Numbered from the stretch's first letter, positions 1 through 10,719 are shown. The stretch is DNA of 64,000 bases from Bdellovibrionota bacterium (GCA_044347345.1 JBIKUX010000004.1:1-64000); one strand, 5' to 3'. Numbers and translations are program-made. The notes: generated from the sequence alone by a model not told the origin.

Positions 1-2
1 TG

Positions 3-1574
3 CTTGGTTCACTCCCGATACTTGAGTCTCTATCTTTATCTGGAGATGCCTTAGCTCAAGGCGCAAATGCAAAAAAGTGTAAGAGGCTGATAGTCGTATC
101 ACAACCTCACATGGCAGGTAGACACCGCATCCCTGATTTTACGACTGGAGGCTGGGGTAATGGAAATCCCGGCAGATTAGCGGTAAATACAGCAGCTGGA
201 TTGAGAGTAGGAGCATTTGGAAGTGACCCTGGAGGATTAGGAAGCTTTTATAGCATAGGGGCACTATCATCATCAGCTCGGTTGCAACAAGAGATGATGG
301 TAGTAAATGGTTTATGTTCAACTTACTGGGAGTGTAATGGACATTTAGGGGACGGGAATGTTTGGCTCCTTGTAGGACCTAACCAAGGAAATGTTCCTGC
401 AAATAAAAATGCTAGGTATCCATTGTCTGGGAATTTGAGAGAAGCACAAATTACAATGGATCAGATAATAGCTCGAAAAATTCATAGGCCAGATCAGCGT
501 ATTTTGGCAATTGGTGGAGCACAAGGCGGAACCACTGCTACTGATGAGTCGATAGATGCTAATGGAGCTCGTCCCACCTATATACGTAACGCTAATCAAG
601 CTTACGGTGTCACTGGTTCCGGTAGTGTATTTGATGGTGGAGCTAAGGTAACTGCTGCTATAAATTCCTTAAATGGAGGAGGAGGAGGAGGAGGAACGGA
701 TCCATACAAGTCTATATCGACGCGAGATTTTAGCGCTATTCATGGTCTTGAAGCTGCGGTGGAGCAGCGCTCTGCAATTTTAGCTGATACTGGTTTATCA
801 TCTGCTGATAGAGCTTTACTAAATTCACATTTCGATATGTTGGACTCTAGTTTAAGTCAGTTAAAAAGTATGCTTCCATCAGTTCCTCCGGTACCAGGTG
901 GAGAGAATTCATACGCGGTCTCTCCAGCATGCAAACATCCTTCGCTTACTGGTTCAGACATAAATCAGTATCTTGCATTGATTGGAACTGCATTTCTATG
1001 TGACTTGTCGAGAGTAGTACTATTACCGATACAGCCTGACCCTACTGACCATAATTTGTGGCATTCCGGAGCTCAAGGAAATGCAGGAGCGCTCCCATTG
1101 TACGAGCCTCTTGCTGATACGACTGCCAGAATTGCTCAGTTTGTGCAAACTTTAATAGATCCTACTACAGGTAGAGATATGTTAGAATCTACCGTAATTC
1201 TTGGTATAACCAATAACGGTGTAGGGATAGCCTATCCTTTCTATAGGGGAGATTCTCTTCATTCATTTCAAGAGATGAGTTATTTTAGTATTGGAGGAAG
1301 TGTAGCATTTAATACTGGGAATATGTATGACACCATGGGTTCGGTAACTATGAATGGGCAAGCAACAAGAGGCCCTGTATCTGTGGGTGTATATACAGTT
1401 AACCAATATCTTCAAACGCTTGGTGCTGCATTTGGCGTAACTCCAACTGAGTGGTCGACAAATGGGACTAGTGGAGGATTCGGTCCATGGATAAACACCG
1501 TTGGTTCTGGTAGGACTCTACGAGTAGGTGAGGCTAACAAAATATCACCTATGCCCTTAATCCTGAAAGCCTAA
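3..1574 (+). CDS. DUF1552-family exported protein, 5'-truncated by the window edge
   Basis: The frame is open from nt 3 (LGSLPILESLSLSGDALAQGANAKKCKRLIVV), typical of the end of a signal peptide followed by the DUF1552 N-terminus. Internal motifs: TMDQIIA, LSSADRALLNSHFD, AFLCDLSRV, DHNLWH, MLESTVIL. The true start lies upstream of the window. Confidence 0.65.
   Translation, partial: LGSLPILESLSLSGDALAQGANAKKCKRLIVVSQPHMAGRHRIPDFTTGGWGNGNPGRLAVNTAAGLRVGAFGSDPGGLGSFYSIGALSSSARLQQEMMVVNGLCSTYWECNGHLGDGNVWLLVGPNQGNVPANKNARYPLSGNLREAQITMDQIIARKIHRPDQRILAIGGAQGGTTATDESIDANGARPTYIRNANQAYGVTGSGSVFDGGAKVTAAINSLNGGGGGGGTDPYKSISTRDFSAIHGLEAAVEQRSAILADTGLSSADRALLNSHFDMLDSSLSQLKSMLPSVPPVPGGENSYAVSPACKHPSLTGSDINQYLALIGTAFLCDLSRVVLLPIQPDPTDHNLWHSGAQGNAGALPLYEPLADTTARIAQFVQTLIDPTTGRDMLESTVILGITNNGVGIAYPFYRGDSLHSFQEMSYFSIGGSVAFNTGNMYDTMGSVTMNGQATRGPVSVGVYTVNQYLQTLGAAFGVTPTEWSTNGTSGGFGPWINTVGSGRTLRVGEANKISPMPLILKA
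675..695 (+). repeat. (GGA)7 trinucleotide repeat encoding poly-Gly
   Basis: Seven consecutive GGA codons read directly. Confidence 0.9.
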
Positions 1575-1625
1575 ATTGGCTTAACACTTAAAACCTGACA
1601 CATAAGCTAGGATGTACAAGCTAGT

Positions 1626-2180
1626 CTATAGGACATTGCGATGCTGATAAAAAATTAATGATGTATTACCGTACGTTCTTATATCGTTTTGAACTAGACT
1701 AACAAGTTCTAGCTTTATATTTTCTTTTGGATCTATTTGAACGACAAGTTGTCCAGTAGCAGATAGTACTTCCGGGCGCTCACTTATTAACGTAAGCATA
1801 TCAACCCAAATACCTTTGTATTGAGGCGGAGCAATATATACCATATCAAAGGTACGGGCAGTGTGTCTTATATATTTAAATGCATCAGTACACCGGACTT
1901 CACCTTGATGCGTAAACTTTGTAGCTGAAAGATTTTTACGAATGATGGTGATAGCTTTTGGTTCGATATCTAAAAATACAGATGTAGTCGCCCCTTGACT
2001 AAGAGCTTCAATACCAACGCTTCCGCTCCCAGCAAATAAATCTAATACTTTTGCTCCAGAAATATTAGGTCGCAAAATATCAAAAAGAGCTGTTTTTACT
2101 CGGTCTAGAATCGGCCGGGTAGTATCACCAGGTACTGATAGAAGTTGCGTTCCTTTTGCAATACCCCCGACTACACGCAT
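1626..2180 (-). CDS. rsmD: 16S rRNA (guanine966-N2)-methyltransferase RsmD
   Basis: MRVVGG.AKG, TRP..DRVK.ALF, VLDLFAGSGSVGIEALSQGA, APPQY (variant of DPPY), YGNT. Confidence 0.93.
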   Translation of the reverse strand: MRVVGGIAKGTQLLSVPGDTTRPILDRVKTALFDILRPNISGAKVLDLFAGSGSVGIEALSQGATTSVFLDIEPKAITIIRKNLSATKFTHQGEVRCTDAFKYIRHTARTFDMVYIAPPQYKGIWVDMLTLISERPEVLSATGQLVVQIDPKENIKLELVSLVQNDIRTYGNTSLIFYQHRNVL

Positions 2181-2253
2181 AAAAAATTACAAGTGTTCTA
2201 ATAAGCAAAGTATATTAAGCAGCGAAGAATATAATGAGAATATTTTTCATTTA

Positions 2254-3630
2254 TTAAAATAGAGAGCGCTCCATATCCCAGCCTTCTAGATACTCGCAGA
2301 TAGTACGTAGAAACTGCCCCGCTATGGCGCCATCAATAATTCTGTGGTCGTAAGATAACGTTAAATATACCATTTCACGGATAGCTATCATATCATTGAT
2401 AACTACAGGGCGCTTTTTAGCAGCACCTACACAGAGTATCGCAGCTTGTGGTTGATTGATAATGGGGGTACCAATCACAGTGCCAAACCCTCCAACATTG
2501 GTAACGGTGAAAGAACCGCCTTGTACATCGTTAGGAAGTAGTTTTTTGTCACGCGCTCGCACAGATAAGTCTTGAAGACCGCGTGCGAGTCCTACAAGAT
2601 TTTTTTCTTCGGCTTGTTTGATTACAGGTACGATAAGTCCAGCATTAGGTAAAGCAACCGCACACCCTAAGTTTATATGTTTTTTGTATAGAATAGCTCT
2701 ATCCAAGACCGAAGCGTTCACAATGGGATAAGCCTTTAGTGCATGAACTGCTGCTTCAAGAAAAAATGGTGTAATAGTTAAGTTAAAGCCTTCTTGTTTC
2801 TGAAAAGCTCCTTTATATTTTTGCCTCCATGCTGATACGTTCGTTACATCCACTTCTTGAATAGAGTAAACGTGCGGACTAGTGTGTTTTGAACGCACCA
2901 TGTGGTCAGATATTGCTTGCCGCATAGCATCCATTGGTACTACTTTGGTACCGTCCGCCGCCCATTCTCCTAAAGCGGGCATACCGTTAGCTTTGGGAGT
3001 AGAACTTTTATTTGGAATTAAAATTTTAATTGGTGTACCAACTGATGCAGAAGGAGAAGAATACGATGATGAAGATGTAGCCGGTGTTGAGGCTGCGTTT
3101 CTTTTTTCTAGAAAGGAATTAAAATCATTTTTGGTAATCCTTCCTCCGCTCCCTGAGCCAATTAAGCTAGATAATTCTTCGAGAGGGACTCCGTGACGCT
3201 CAGCTAAGCTCTTAACTAATGGTGATATAAATTTACCCTCACCAATAGCGATATCCTCTCCTTCTTCTCCAGAGATACTTGAGTGACTTTGGCTGTTATT
3301 TGAAGATTTTGCAGAGGTATCTTGTGTTGCAACACTAACCGCAGACTTTTCTAGGTTATCTAATTTGTTATTTTCTGCTACTGATTCTTTGGCTTCAGTA
3401 TCGATGCGAGCAATTACCGTTTTGACTGGAACTACATCTCCTTCGTTAAACAGTACCTCTACTAGAACACCGGAGGCTGTTGCAGGTATTTCAGAATCAA
3501 CTTTGTCCGTAGAGATTTCAAGAATGATTTCATCTTTATTTATTCTATCACCGGGAGACTTTAACCACCGTGAAATAGTAGCCTCTGTAATGGATTCCCC
3601 CATTTGGGGCATAACCATCTCAACTTTCAT
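2254..3630 (-). CDS. Dihydrolipoamide acyltransferase (E2) of a 2-oxoacid dehydrogenase complex
   Basis: Lipoyl domain (MPQMGES...EISTDKVDSEI), E3-binding domain (SPLVKSLA...GSGSGGRITKND), catalytic LSYDHRIIDG. Confidence 0.95.
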   Translation of the reverse strand: MKVEMVMPQMGESITEATISRWLKSPGDRINKDEIILEISTDKVDSEIPATASGVLVEVLFNEGDVVPVKTVIARIDTEAKESVAENNKLDNLEKSAVSVATQDTSAKSSNNSQSHSSISGEEGEDIAIGEGKFISPLVKSLAERHGVPLEELSSLIGSGSGGRITKNDFNSFLEKRNAASTPATSSSSYSSPSASVGTPIKILIPNKSSTPKANGMPALGEWAADGTKVVPMDAMRQAISDHMVRSKHTSPHVYSIQEVDVTNVSAWRQKYKGAFQKQEGFNLTITPFFLEAAVHALKAYPIVNASVLDRAILYKKHINLGCAVALPNAGLIVPVIKQAEEKNLVGLARGLQDLSVRARDKKLLPNDVQGGSFTVTNVGGFGTVIGTPIINQPQAAILCVGAAKKRPVVINDMIAIREMVYLTLSYDHRIIDGAIAGQFLRTICEYLEGWDMERSLF

Positions 3631-3709
3631 TGTTAATCCTTAACCTAAATGATTACTTTTAATTGCTCTGAGAATGATATCATTAAATAAGTATTTTTAC
3701 GACTGTTCC

Positions 3710-5908
3710 TTAAAAATTTAAGGTACTTCTAACTAATTCTATTATTTCGTTTGTTTGAGGTAATGCAGAACGCTCGAGAGCTTCAGCATGACCTACGGCT
3801 GGGATATTTTTCATCCCCAGTCGTCGAATAGGAGCGTCAAGAAAGCAGAAGCATTCATCGCTGATTAAAGCAGCTATCTCCGCTCCAAATCCCATAAACT
3901 GAACATCTTCATGAATTATTACAACTCTGGATGTTTTTTTCACACTAGCAAAAATAGTATCAAAGTCGAGTGGAACCAGAGTGCGGATATCAATAACTTC
4001 AATCGAAGAACCTTCCTTGTGAAGAATGTCGGCTGCAAATAAAGATTTTTGAACGAGAGCACCCCAAGTAATAACAGTTAAGTCTGACCCTGCCCTAATT
4101 ATTCTAGCTTTCCCCAGGGGAATTAGTTGATTTGGCCCAACTTGTCGACCACGAGCAGAGGGTTGTCGATAAAGTCCCTTATGTTCAAGAAAAAGAACAG
4201 GATCTTCACCTCGTATTGCACTTTTTAGCAATCCGCCCGCATCAGTTGCATTAGATGGATACACGACAAACAATCCAGGAATATGGGTGAATGTGCCTTC
4301 AATGTTCTGTGAGTGGTAGTGAGCTCCTCTAATATAACCTCCAACTGGTACCCTAATAATCACTGGGCAGGTATATGCTCCAGCGGAGCGATAATTTAGC
4401 ATCACTAATTCATTTCGAATCTGCATCATTGCAGTCCAAATATAATCACCAAATTGAATTTCGGGTATAGGACGAAGGCCCCTTGTGGCCATACCGATTG
4501 CTACGCCGATAATAGAGCTTTCAGCCAGTTGCGTATTAAATACTCGCTCTTTTCCGTGATGCGCGGTCAAATTAGCAGTTACTCCAAAAACCCCACCTTT
4601 ACCACCAGCTACATCCTGTCCGAATACGTATGTGATATCTGATCGAGTTAGCTCTTCATCAAGAGCATAATTTATGGCATCTACCATTGTTATTTCATTA
4701 CCTGTGGGCGGTTCTTCTTTAATATTTATCCACGGTGTAGGGTCTGAGTAGACATGGTGTAAAACTTCGTCCTCGGTGCAGTCCAATTGTTGTTCTGCCC
4801 ATTCAGAAGCAGCCTCAATCTCTGCTCTTAGCTCTGTATCTAAGGTCTTTAGTCCAGCTTCATCTATAATCCATTCTTTAATAAGAAAACTTTCTAATGC
4901 AGCTATCGGACATCTAGATTCATCTCGCTCTATATCTGCATCTGTGCGGTATTTTTTTTGATTATCAGAGACTGAATGACTGCCTATGCGAGGGACATGT
5001 GCTTCAATTACAGATGGCCCAATACCATTTTGAGCACGATGATAAGCCTCTCTGACAGCATAATAGGAGTCGTGAAAGTTAGTCCCATCAATTTCAAATC
5101 GTCCAAGATTTTCATAACCTCTGGCAATTTTATATACGCTTTGACCAGCAAGTTGCTCAGATACATGAACGGAAATGGCAAAATTATTATTTTGAATTAA
5201 GAAAACTATAGGGAGCTGGTCACGTGAGGCCCAGTTGAGAGCTTCATGAAAATCACCTTGGGCACATGCGCCCTCTCCAGATGATACATAAGTTACTTCA
5301 TTAAGGTTTTTTTTCCTTGATGCAACAGCGCAACCGACTGCCTGTAAATATTGGGTTCCCGTTGGAGAACTCTGACTAACAATGTGTAATTGATTATGGC
5401 TATAATGCATAGGCATTTGACGACCGTGAGAGTTAGGATCGTCTTGTTTGTTCATGAAACTAAGACAAAAATCTTCATTTCTCATGCCTAAGGCGACAAC
5501 AAGTGCCATATCTCGGTAGTAAGGATAAAACCAATCATGGGATGGACGAAATACTAATCCAGCTGCAACTTGAACCGCCTCATGACCACCACAAGAGATA
5601 TGAAAATGACACTTATTTTGCTTATACAATGTAAGAGCTTTCTCGTCTAATAACCTGGCTCTTTTCATTTCGCGATAAGCTCGCAGTAAAATAACTGAGG
5701 ATATTTGAGGTCGGTCAAGATAAGCTTCAGTACGTCCTTCTGGATGATGCTCACCGCCACTTAGAGAACTTTCTTTTGGATGAGTTGAAGTTGAATAACT
5801 TTTACTGTGATCCGGAGAGTTATAAAAGTTTTCTCTATCGTTCACGTTCTTATGCTCACTTCTAGTATATACTTTGGTTTTATCTACTTCCTTCGAAGTT
5901 TCAGTCAC
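3710..5908 (-). CDS. Fused E1 alpha/beta subunit, probably branched-chain 2-oxoacid dehydrogenase
   Basis: Alpha part: GHEAVQ, PYYRD, GRQMPMH, TPP motif GEGA..QGDFHEALN. Beta part: GQDV..GKGGVF, EIQFGDY, HYHSQ, FLEHK, EVIDIRTLVPLD. Confidence 0.92.
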   Translation of the reverse strand: MTETSKEVDKTKVYTRSEHKNVNDRENFYNSPDHSKSYSTSTHPKESSLSGGEHHPEGRTEAYLDRPQISSVILLRAYREMKRARLLDEKALTLYKQNKCHFHISCGGHEAVQVAAGLVFRPSHDWFYPYYRDMALVVALGMRNEDFCLSFMNKQDDPNSHGRQMPMHYSHNQLHIVSQSSPTGTQYLQAVGCAVASRKKNLNEVTYVSSGEGACAQGDFHEALNWASRDQLPIVFLIQNNNFAISVHVSEQLAGQSVYKIARGYENLGRFEIDGTNFHDSYYAVREAYHRAQNGIGPSVIEAHVPRIGSHSVSDNQKKYRTDADIERDESRCPIAALESFLIKEWIIDEAGLKTLDTELRAEIEAASEWAEQQLDCTEDEVLHHVYSDPTPWINIKEEPPTGNEITMVDAINYALDEELTRSDITYVFGQDVAGGKGGVFGVTANLTAHHGKERVFNTQLAESSIIGVAIGMATRGLRPIPEIQFGDYIWTAMMQIRNELVMLNYRSAGAYTCPVIIRVPVGGYIRGAHYHSQNIEGTFTHIPGLFVVYPSNATDAGGLLKSAIRGEDPVLFLEHKGLYRQPSARGRQVGPNQLIPLGKARIIRAGSDLTVITWGALVQKSLFAADILHKEGSSIEVIDIRTLVPLDFDTIFASVKKTSRVVIIHEDVQFMGFGAEIAALISDECFCFLDAPIRRLGMKNIPAVGHAEALERSALPQTNEIIELVRSTLNF

Positions 5909-6684
5909 TATCTGTTAACATGGTTTTTTAGATCATACTGGGAGTATGGTTGGTAAGGAAAAACCTCGCAAAAACAATTCACAAAGGTATTCGCCACTGA
6001 TAATGGATGAATTGATAGGGGATGTACTGATACTTGATTAATTGGCACTTGATTCATTGGGGCGCCTATTTGCTCAGTTATACTCGTAATAGTTACGTTA
6101 TTTAAGCCACATGGATCTATCAAAGAAAAACCACTGTGTTTGGTTCCGACTTGTATCGCAACCCCATGATAGCTACACCATCGTGAAAGCTTTACTCCTA
6201 TAGATGCTATTTTTTGATAAGGAGCTACTTCGGATTTTAGCCATACTCCCGTTAATCCGTTAATTCTTTGTCCAATTATACCAAAGTTATTTAGAACTCT
6301 AATTACCACTTCTTCAAGTGAACGCATGTACCATCCGACATCTTGGCGTATTCGTCTCAAATCAAGAAGCGGATAAGCTATTAGTTGTGAAGGGGAGTGG
6401 ACGGTTACACCTCCACCTCTTTCAACTTGATAAAATTCTATATTTAAATCTGATAAATCTCTCTCAGATACATGTAGGCTTGCCATAGAACCTGATTTAC
6501 TCACGGCGCCTTTTGTACCTACGGTAATAACAGGATCATGACTACATAATATTAATGTCGCAGAACGATGGTGATCTCGTATTTCTTGATGAATACTTTT
6601 TTGAATACTCCACACTTCACAGTAGGGTCGTACTCCCAGATAGATTACTTCCAGAGGGAGCGGCCATTTATTTGGTTCTACCAC
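5908..6684 (-). CDS. lipB: Lipoyl(octanoyl) transferase LipB
   Basis: HDPVITVG, ERGGGVTVH.P.QL..YP, KIASIG, YHG, IDPCGL. Confidence 0.92.
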   Translation of the reverse strand: MVEPNKWPLPLEVIYLGVRPYCEVWSIQKSIHQEIRDHHRSATLILCSHDPVITVGTKGAVSKSGSMASLHVSERDLSDLNIEFYQVERGGGVTVHSPSQLIAYPLLDLRRIRQDVGWYMRSLEEVVIRVLNNFGIIGQRINGLTGVWLKSEVAPYQKIASIGVKLSRWCSYHGVAIQVGTKHSGFSLIDPCGLNNVTITSITEQIGAPMNQVPINQVSVHPLSIHPLSVANTFVNCFCEVFPYQPYSQYDLKNHVNR

Positions 6685-6727
6685 TGTTGCACAAAATAAA
6701 ACTATTTTTTAGAAACTCATTGGTATT

Positions 6728-8128
6728 TTAAAAATTTAACGGTCGACCAAGAGCTATTGCCATACTCTCAGCCAGTGATTCGGATAGAGTTGGATGAGGA
6801 TGAACGGTGTCAAGAACACTTGCTGCTATTCCTTCATGTGACCTGATTATGGCGGCTTCAGATATTAGTTCAGTTGCCTCTGAGTGTAGGATATGAACAC
6901 CTAAAATCTCTCCGTGATCTTCATCTATGAGTACCTTCGTAAAACCGTCTATTTCTCCTATTGCTGTAGCTTTTCCAATAGCGTTAAACGGAATCTTTCC
7001 TACCCGATATTTTATTCCTTTCTCCTTTAACGCTTGTTCAGTTAATCCCACTGATGCGACTTGTGGCTGGCAGTAAGTGCAAGATGGGATGTTGTCGTAC
7101 TGAACCCCATGTGTAGTGTGACCGGATGCTACTTCAGCCGCTACGACCCCTTCGTGACTTGCAACGTGCGCTAACTGAGGTGACTTTATTATATCACCGA
7201 TGGCAAAATGATTGGGTAGTGAAGTTTGAAGGAACTTATCTACTACTACAAATCCACGATCTAATTTGATTCCTGCTTGCTCAAGCCCTATTTCGGCGGT
7301 GTTAGGAATAACTCCTATAGCTAAAAGTAAACAGTCACCATGCCACTCTTGCTTATCTCCAGTTTTACTGGTGATTATTGCTGAAACATGCCCGTTTTTA
7401 TTGACAATATCACTTACGGAAGAATTAGTTAGAAATTTAATACCGTTTCTGGTTAAGATCTTTTCGAGAGATTGAGCTACTTCAGTATCTTCCAGAGGTA
7501 ATATTTGTGGCAGAGTTTCAACAACAGTTACTTCTGTACCAAAAGTTGAATGGAAATAGGCAAACTCGACCCCTATCGCACCAGCACCAACAATTAAAGT
7601 CTTTTTTGGTAAGCGCTTGTACTCAAGGATAGTCCTGTAGGTATGAATAGTTTCACCATCAACGCTCACTCCTGATAGCGAGCGGGCTCGAGCTCCCGTT
7701 GCTAATATAATGTCTTTGTAAGTAAGAAGTGTTTCGCCTCCGTTGGTACCCACCACTTTAAGGGTATTACTGCCAACAAGTGAACCATGGCCTGATACAA
7801 TTGAGATTTTGTTCTTCTTCATTAAAAACTGCACCCCAGCAGATAACTTCGCAGCCACCTCGCGGGAACGATTTATAACTCGAGGAAAATCAAGTTTGAT
7901 ATCTCCTACAGTGAAGCCAAAATCTTGAGTACGATGGACATCATGAAAAAGTTGTGCCGAGCGAAGAAGTGCTTTTGAAGGAATACATCCCCAGTTGAGG
8001 CAGACTCCGCCGAGTGATTCGCGTTCAACTATGGTGACTTTTCTGCCGAGCTGTGCTGCTCGAATTGCTGCTATATATCCCCCTGGACCGGAGCCGAGTA
8101 CGATAAGGTCGTGTACTTCTTTTGCCAT
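6728..8128 (-). CDS. lpdA: Dihydrolipoyl dehydrogenase (E3)
   Basis: GSGPGGY, redox motif GGVCLNWGCIPSK, GAGAIG.E, HPHPTLSE. Confidence 0.97.
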   Translation of the reverse strand: MAKEVHDLIVLGSGPGGYIAAIRAAQLGRKVTIVERESLGGVCLNWGCIPSKALLRSAQLFHDVHRTQDFGFTVGDIKLDFPRVINRSREVAAKLSAGVQFLMKKNKISIVSGHGSLVGSNTLKVVGTNGGETLLTYKDIILATGARARSLSGVSVDGETIHTYRTILEYKRLPKKTLIVGAGAIGVEFAYFHSTFGTEVTVVETLPQILPLEDTEVAQSLEKILTRNGIKFLTNSSVSDIVNKNGHVSAIITSKTGDKQEWHGDCLLLAIGVIPNTAEIGLEQAGIKLDRGFVVVDKFLQTSLPNHFAIGDIIKSPQLAHVASHEGVVAAEVASGHTTHGVQYDNIPSCTYCQPQVASVGLTEQALKEKGIKYRVGKIPFNAIGKATAIGEIDGFTKVLIDEDHGEILGVHILHSEATELISEAAIIRSHEGIAASVLDTVHPHPTLSESLAESMAIALGRPLNF

Positions 8129-8302
8129 AATAAATTGGTGCTGTGATTGACTAATTTTTTTTCAATATTATATGAGTCGATAATAGGCACACAGTACCAC
8201 TTTTTTATTATTAGATACTAGCCTTCACCTCTCTTATAAACTCATAAAAAGTTTTTAGTCATAGAAAGTTTTTAACTATACAGTTTAAAACTGGATTTAT
8301 AT

Positions 8303-9259
8303 TTAACCTTCCCAAGGCATATAAGTTTGCGATTTAAGTGTGATTATCTTCCCACTGCGTGGGTGAGGAAGGGATAAAGCATGGCAGTGAAGATACAGTC
8401 GCTCTGCCTCTTGTCCTACATAAAACCGATCACCTACAATGGGGTAACCTTGTGAAGCGAGGTGCACCCGAATCTGGTGAGTACGTCCAGTAAGTGGGCT
8501 TGCTTCAATGTCACTCCAGTCTGTTATCGCAGATCTAGAGTGATTGGTAGGCATGCGAGCTTTGGATCTATGGATTACTCTAAAAGTAGTAGATGCTTGC
8601 TTTCCATTTACAGGGTCGATTTGTCTAAGTACGGGGTGAGCGGGATGATGTCCAATTGGTGCGATAACTGATAATTGATCCCACGTAACATATCCGGCAA
8701 CTCGGCATGTATACAATTTGTGTACTTTTCTATGTGCAAATACATGTTGTAAGGCACGATGAGTTTCTAGTGATTTACTGGCCACAACGAGGCCTGATGT
8801 AGCGAGATCTAGCCTACTAGGGAGATGCACTGAAGCTTTTACATACTTTTCTATCATTCCTCTAAGGTGAAAGTGCTGTTGTTCTTTTCCTGGCTGTGTC
8901 GGCAAGCCTGTAGGTTTATCAACCGCTAAAATATCTTCATCCTCGTATACAATCCAAGATGATGACCAATTGGGAAACCTAGAAAATCCTTCCGATATTA
9001 AATATCTTGGTTCGTAATACTCAATTTTACATGGATACTGAATTAACCCATCTAAAATTCCAGGTCGACCATTGAAATACAAACCGCCCCAAAGTATCCG
9101 TTCATTCCAAGAATGACGGGAAATTTTGGGGAAAAGATGCTCCAGCATTTCAATAAGTAAATATGGATTATTTGATTCCGGCGGAGCAGAGTGTAGTTCA
9201 AATTTATAATAGCGAGATGAGAGGATGTCCTCTAATTCTAATCTAGATGCTACTTTCAA
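8303..9259 (-). CDS. RluA-family pseudouridine synthase
   Basis: VDKPTGL, SRLD.ATSGL (catalytic Asp), PLTGRTHQIRVHLA, GDRFY, LYLH. Confidence 0.9.
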   Translation of the reverse strand: MKVASRLELEDILSSRYYKFELHSAPPESNNPYLLIEMLEHLFPKISRHSWNERILWGGLYFNGRPGILDGLIQYPCKIEYYEPRYLISEGFSRFPNWSSSWIVYEDEDILAVDKPTGLPTQPGKEQQHFHLRGMIEKYVKASVHLPSRLDLATSGLVVASKSLETHRALQHVFAHRKVHKLYTCRVAGYVTWDQLSVIAPIGHHPAHPVLRQIDPVNGKQASTTFRVIHRSKARMPTNHSRSAITDWSDIEASPLTGRTHQIRVHLASQGYPIVGDRFYVGQEAERLYLHCHALSLPHPRSGKIITLKSQTYMPWEG

Positions 9260-9307
9260 TGTTGTAAACTAAGTTGATATTTAACAATAAGATAATTTTC
9301 TATTTAT

Positions 9308-10006
9308 TTAATTACGCGCAGATTTAAGTAATGAATAAGTACGCACCGCATGGACAAGTCGCGTCACTCTGTCAATGATAGTATACGGATCAAGGATTTC
9401 ATCAATAGGTTGCGAATATTTTCCAATTAGACCAAATCCATTTTCAAGTTTTTTGATGCGTTCTTTTGAAAAATTTGTTAGCCGTAATAAGAAAATTTCT
9501 CGAGCCACGCGTGCACGTCCACTTCGAACTTCAACAAGCGACTGTAGCATACCAAGCTGCCCAGCTAAGGTTGTTGGGGAGGGAAGGTCTTCTGAGCACT
9601 GAGGTAAACCATCATCATACCTTAGCGCCCATTCAGGTTGCATGTCAGTACCTTCAATTTTGCCGCCAGCCGATCGAAGCAAAGCACCAACAACAGCGTT
9701 CTTGCCCTCGGCAGGTAAAAGAAAAGATAGAGAAATAAAAGGATGATTGATCACTTTTGTTTCATTAATCATGAATGTTTCTAATCTGCTTGGCGATAAT
9801 CTTAATCCGATAGCTGCATCAAGAGGAGGTTCAAATCTAGTAATTATGAAACCAGTGCTGACCGTTGGGGTATTTTTAGGTGAGGCAAAAAGTACTGTGG
9901 GACTCATACTAAGCATAGTAATAAACACAGTAGTGAACACAGTTAAGCGTGTAAATACAGCCACTTTTAACAGTGCGAGTTTATAAAAACCTTTGTAATA
10001 AATCAT
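9308..10006 (-). CDS. Hypothetical exported protein
   Basis: 232-aa ORF with hydrophobic N-terminal signal-like segment; no family recognised. Confidence 0.65.
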   Translation of the reverse strand: MIYYKGFYKLALLKVAVFTRLTVFTTVFITMLSMSPTVLFASPKNTPTVSTGFIITRFEPPLDAAIGLRLSPSRLETFMINETKVINHPFISLSFLLPAEGKNAVVGALLRSAGGKIEGTDMQPEWALRYDDGLPQCSEDLPSPTTLAGQLGMLQSLVEVRSGRARVAREIFLLRLTNFSKERIKKLENGFGLIGKYSQPIDEILDPYTIIDRVTRLVHAVRTYSLLKSARN

Positions 10007-10053
10007 TAGAATGGCCTATACTGAGGTTTAATTTTATCATTATTTTTAAATTC

Positions 10054-10719
10054 TCACTGAGTTGTTCTGGTAGATGCTGCATTTAGCAAACCATCAAGCT
10101 CATTTAAAAGTTCTGTAGCTGTCTCATAAGCAAAAATATGCCGTTCTAGAGCTCTGGATTTTAGCGCAAGGAATTCTGCTTGAGAAATATTTGAAGCATC
10201 TTCCGGTTGTCTTGATAATTGACTATCACTTAGTAAAGGTAAGCAGTTTCTAGCCGCTTTAAACTCTTCTGTTTTGGCTAATAGAGAGTTATCCTGATCG
10301 TAAAGAAAAAAACGGTACCGTATTTCGCGAATAGGTGTAGGTATGGTTAATATGTAAGTCGGTTTTTCTTGGTCATTCAGGGTTCCTTTGTCTATTGTAA
10401 TATCCATAAATACCCCGTCTCTTACAATGTGGACACGCATTCGGTAGTCAAACCTTTGAGTTCCGTTTAATACAACTGGAACGTGCATAATCTTTCCCGG
10501 TGTTTCAATATTTTCTTCAGTTAAAGGTATGTGATCGATAGAGATTGGAGTGGCTGAAACGGTAAAAGGAGCTAAATTTATAAAGATTAAACCTATAAAA
10601 ATAAGTATAGATTTTATTAAAGCTAATGGATTATTTTGAAGTATGAAGAATTTTTTATCCAAGATAATTGGGATATTCACCAGTTTTTTATAATTTCTCA
10701 GCCTCTCTGCTTGCTTCAT
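10054..10719 (-). CDS. Hypothetical exported/membrane-anchored protein
   Basis: Hydrophobic segment ending VSA-TP, beta-rich middle, C-terminal amphipathic helix; no family recognised. Confidence 0.65.
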   Translation of the reverse strand: MKQAERLRNYKKLVNIPIILDKKFFILQNNPLALIKSILIFIGLIFINLAPFTVSATPISIDHIPLTEENIETPGKIMHVPVVLNGTQRFDYRMRVHIVRDGVFMDITIDKGTLNDQEKPTYILTIPTPIREIRYRFFLYDQDNSLLAKTEEFKAARNCLPLLSDSQLSRQPEDASNISQAEFLALKSRALERHIFAYETATELLNELDGLLNAASTRTTQ

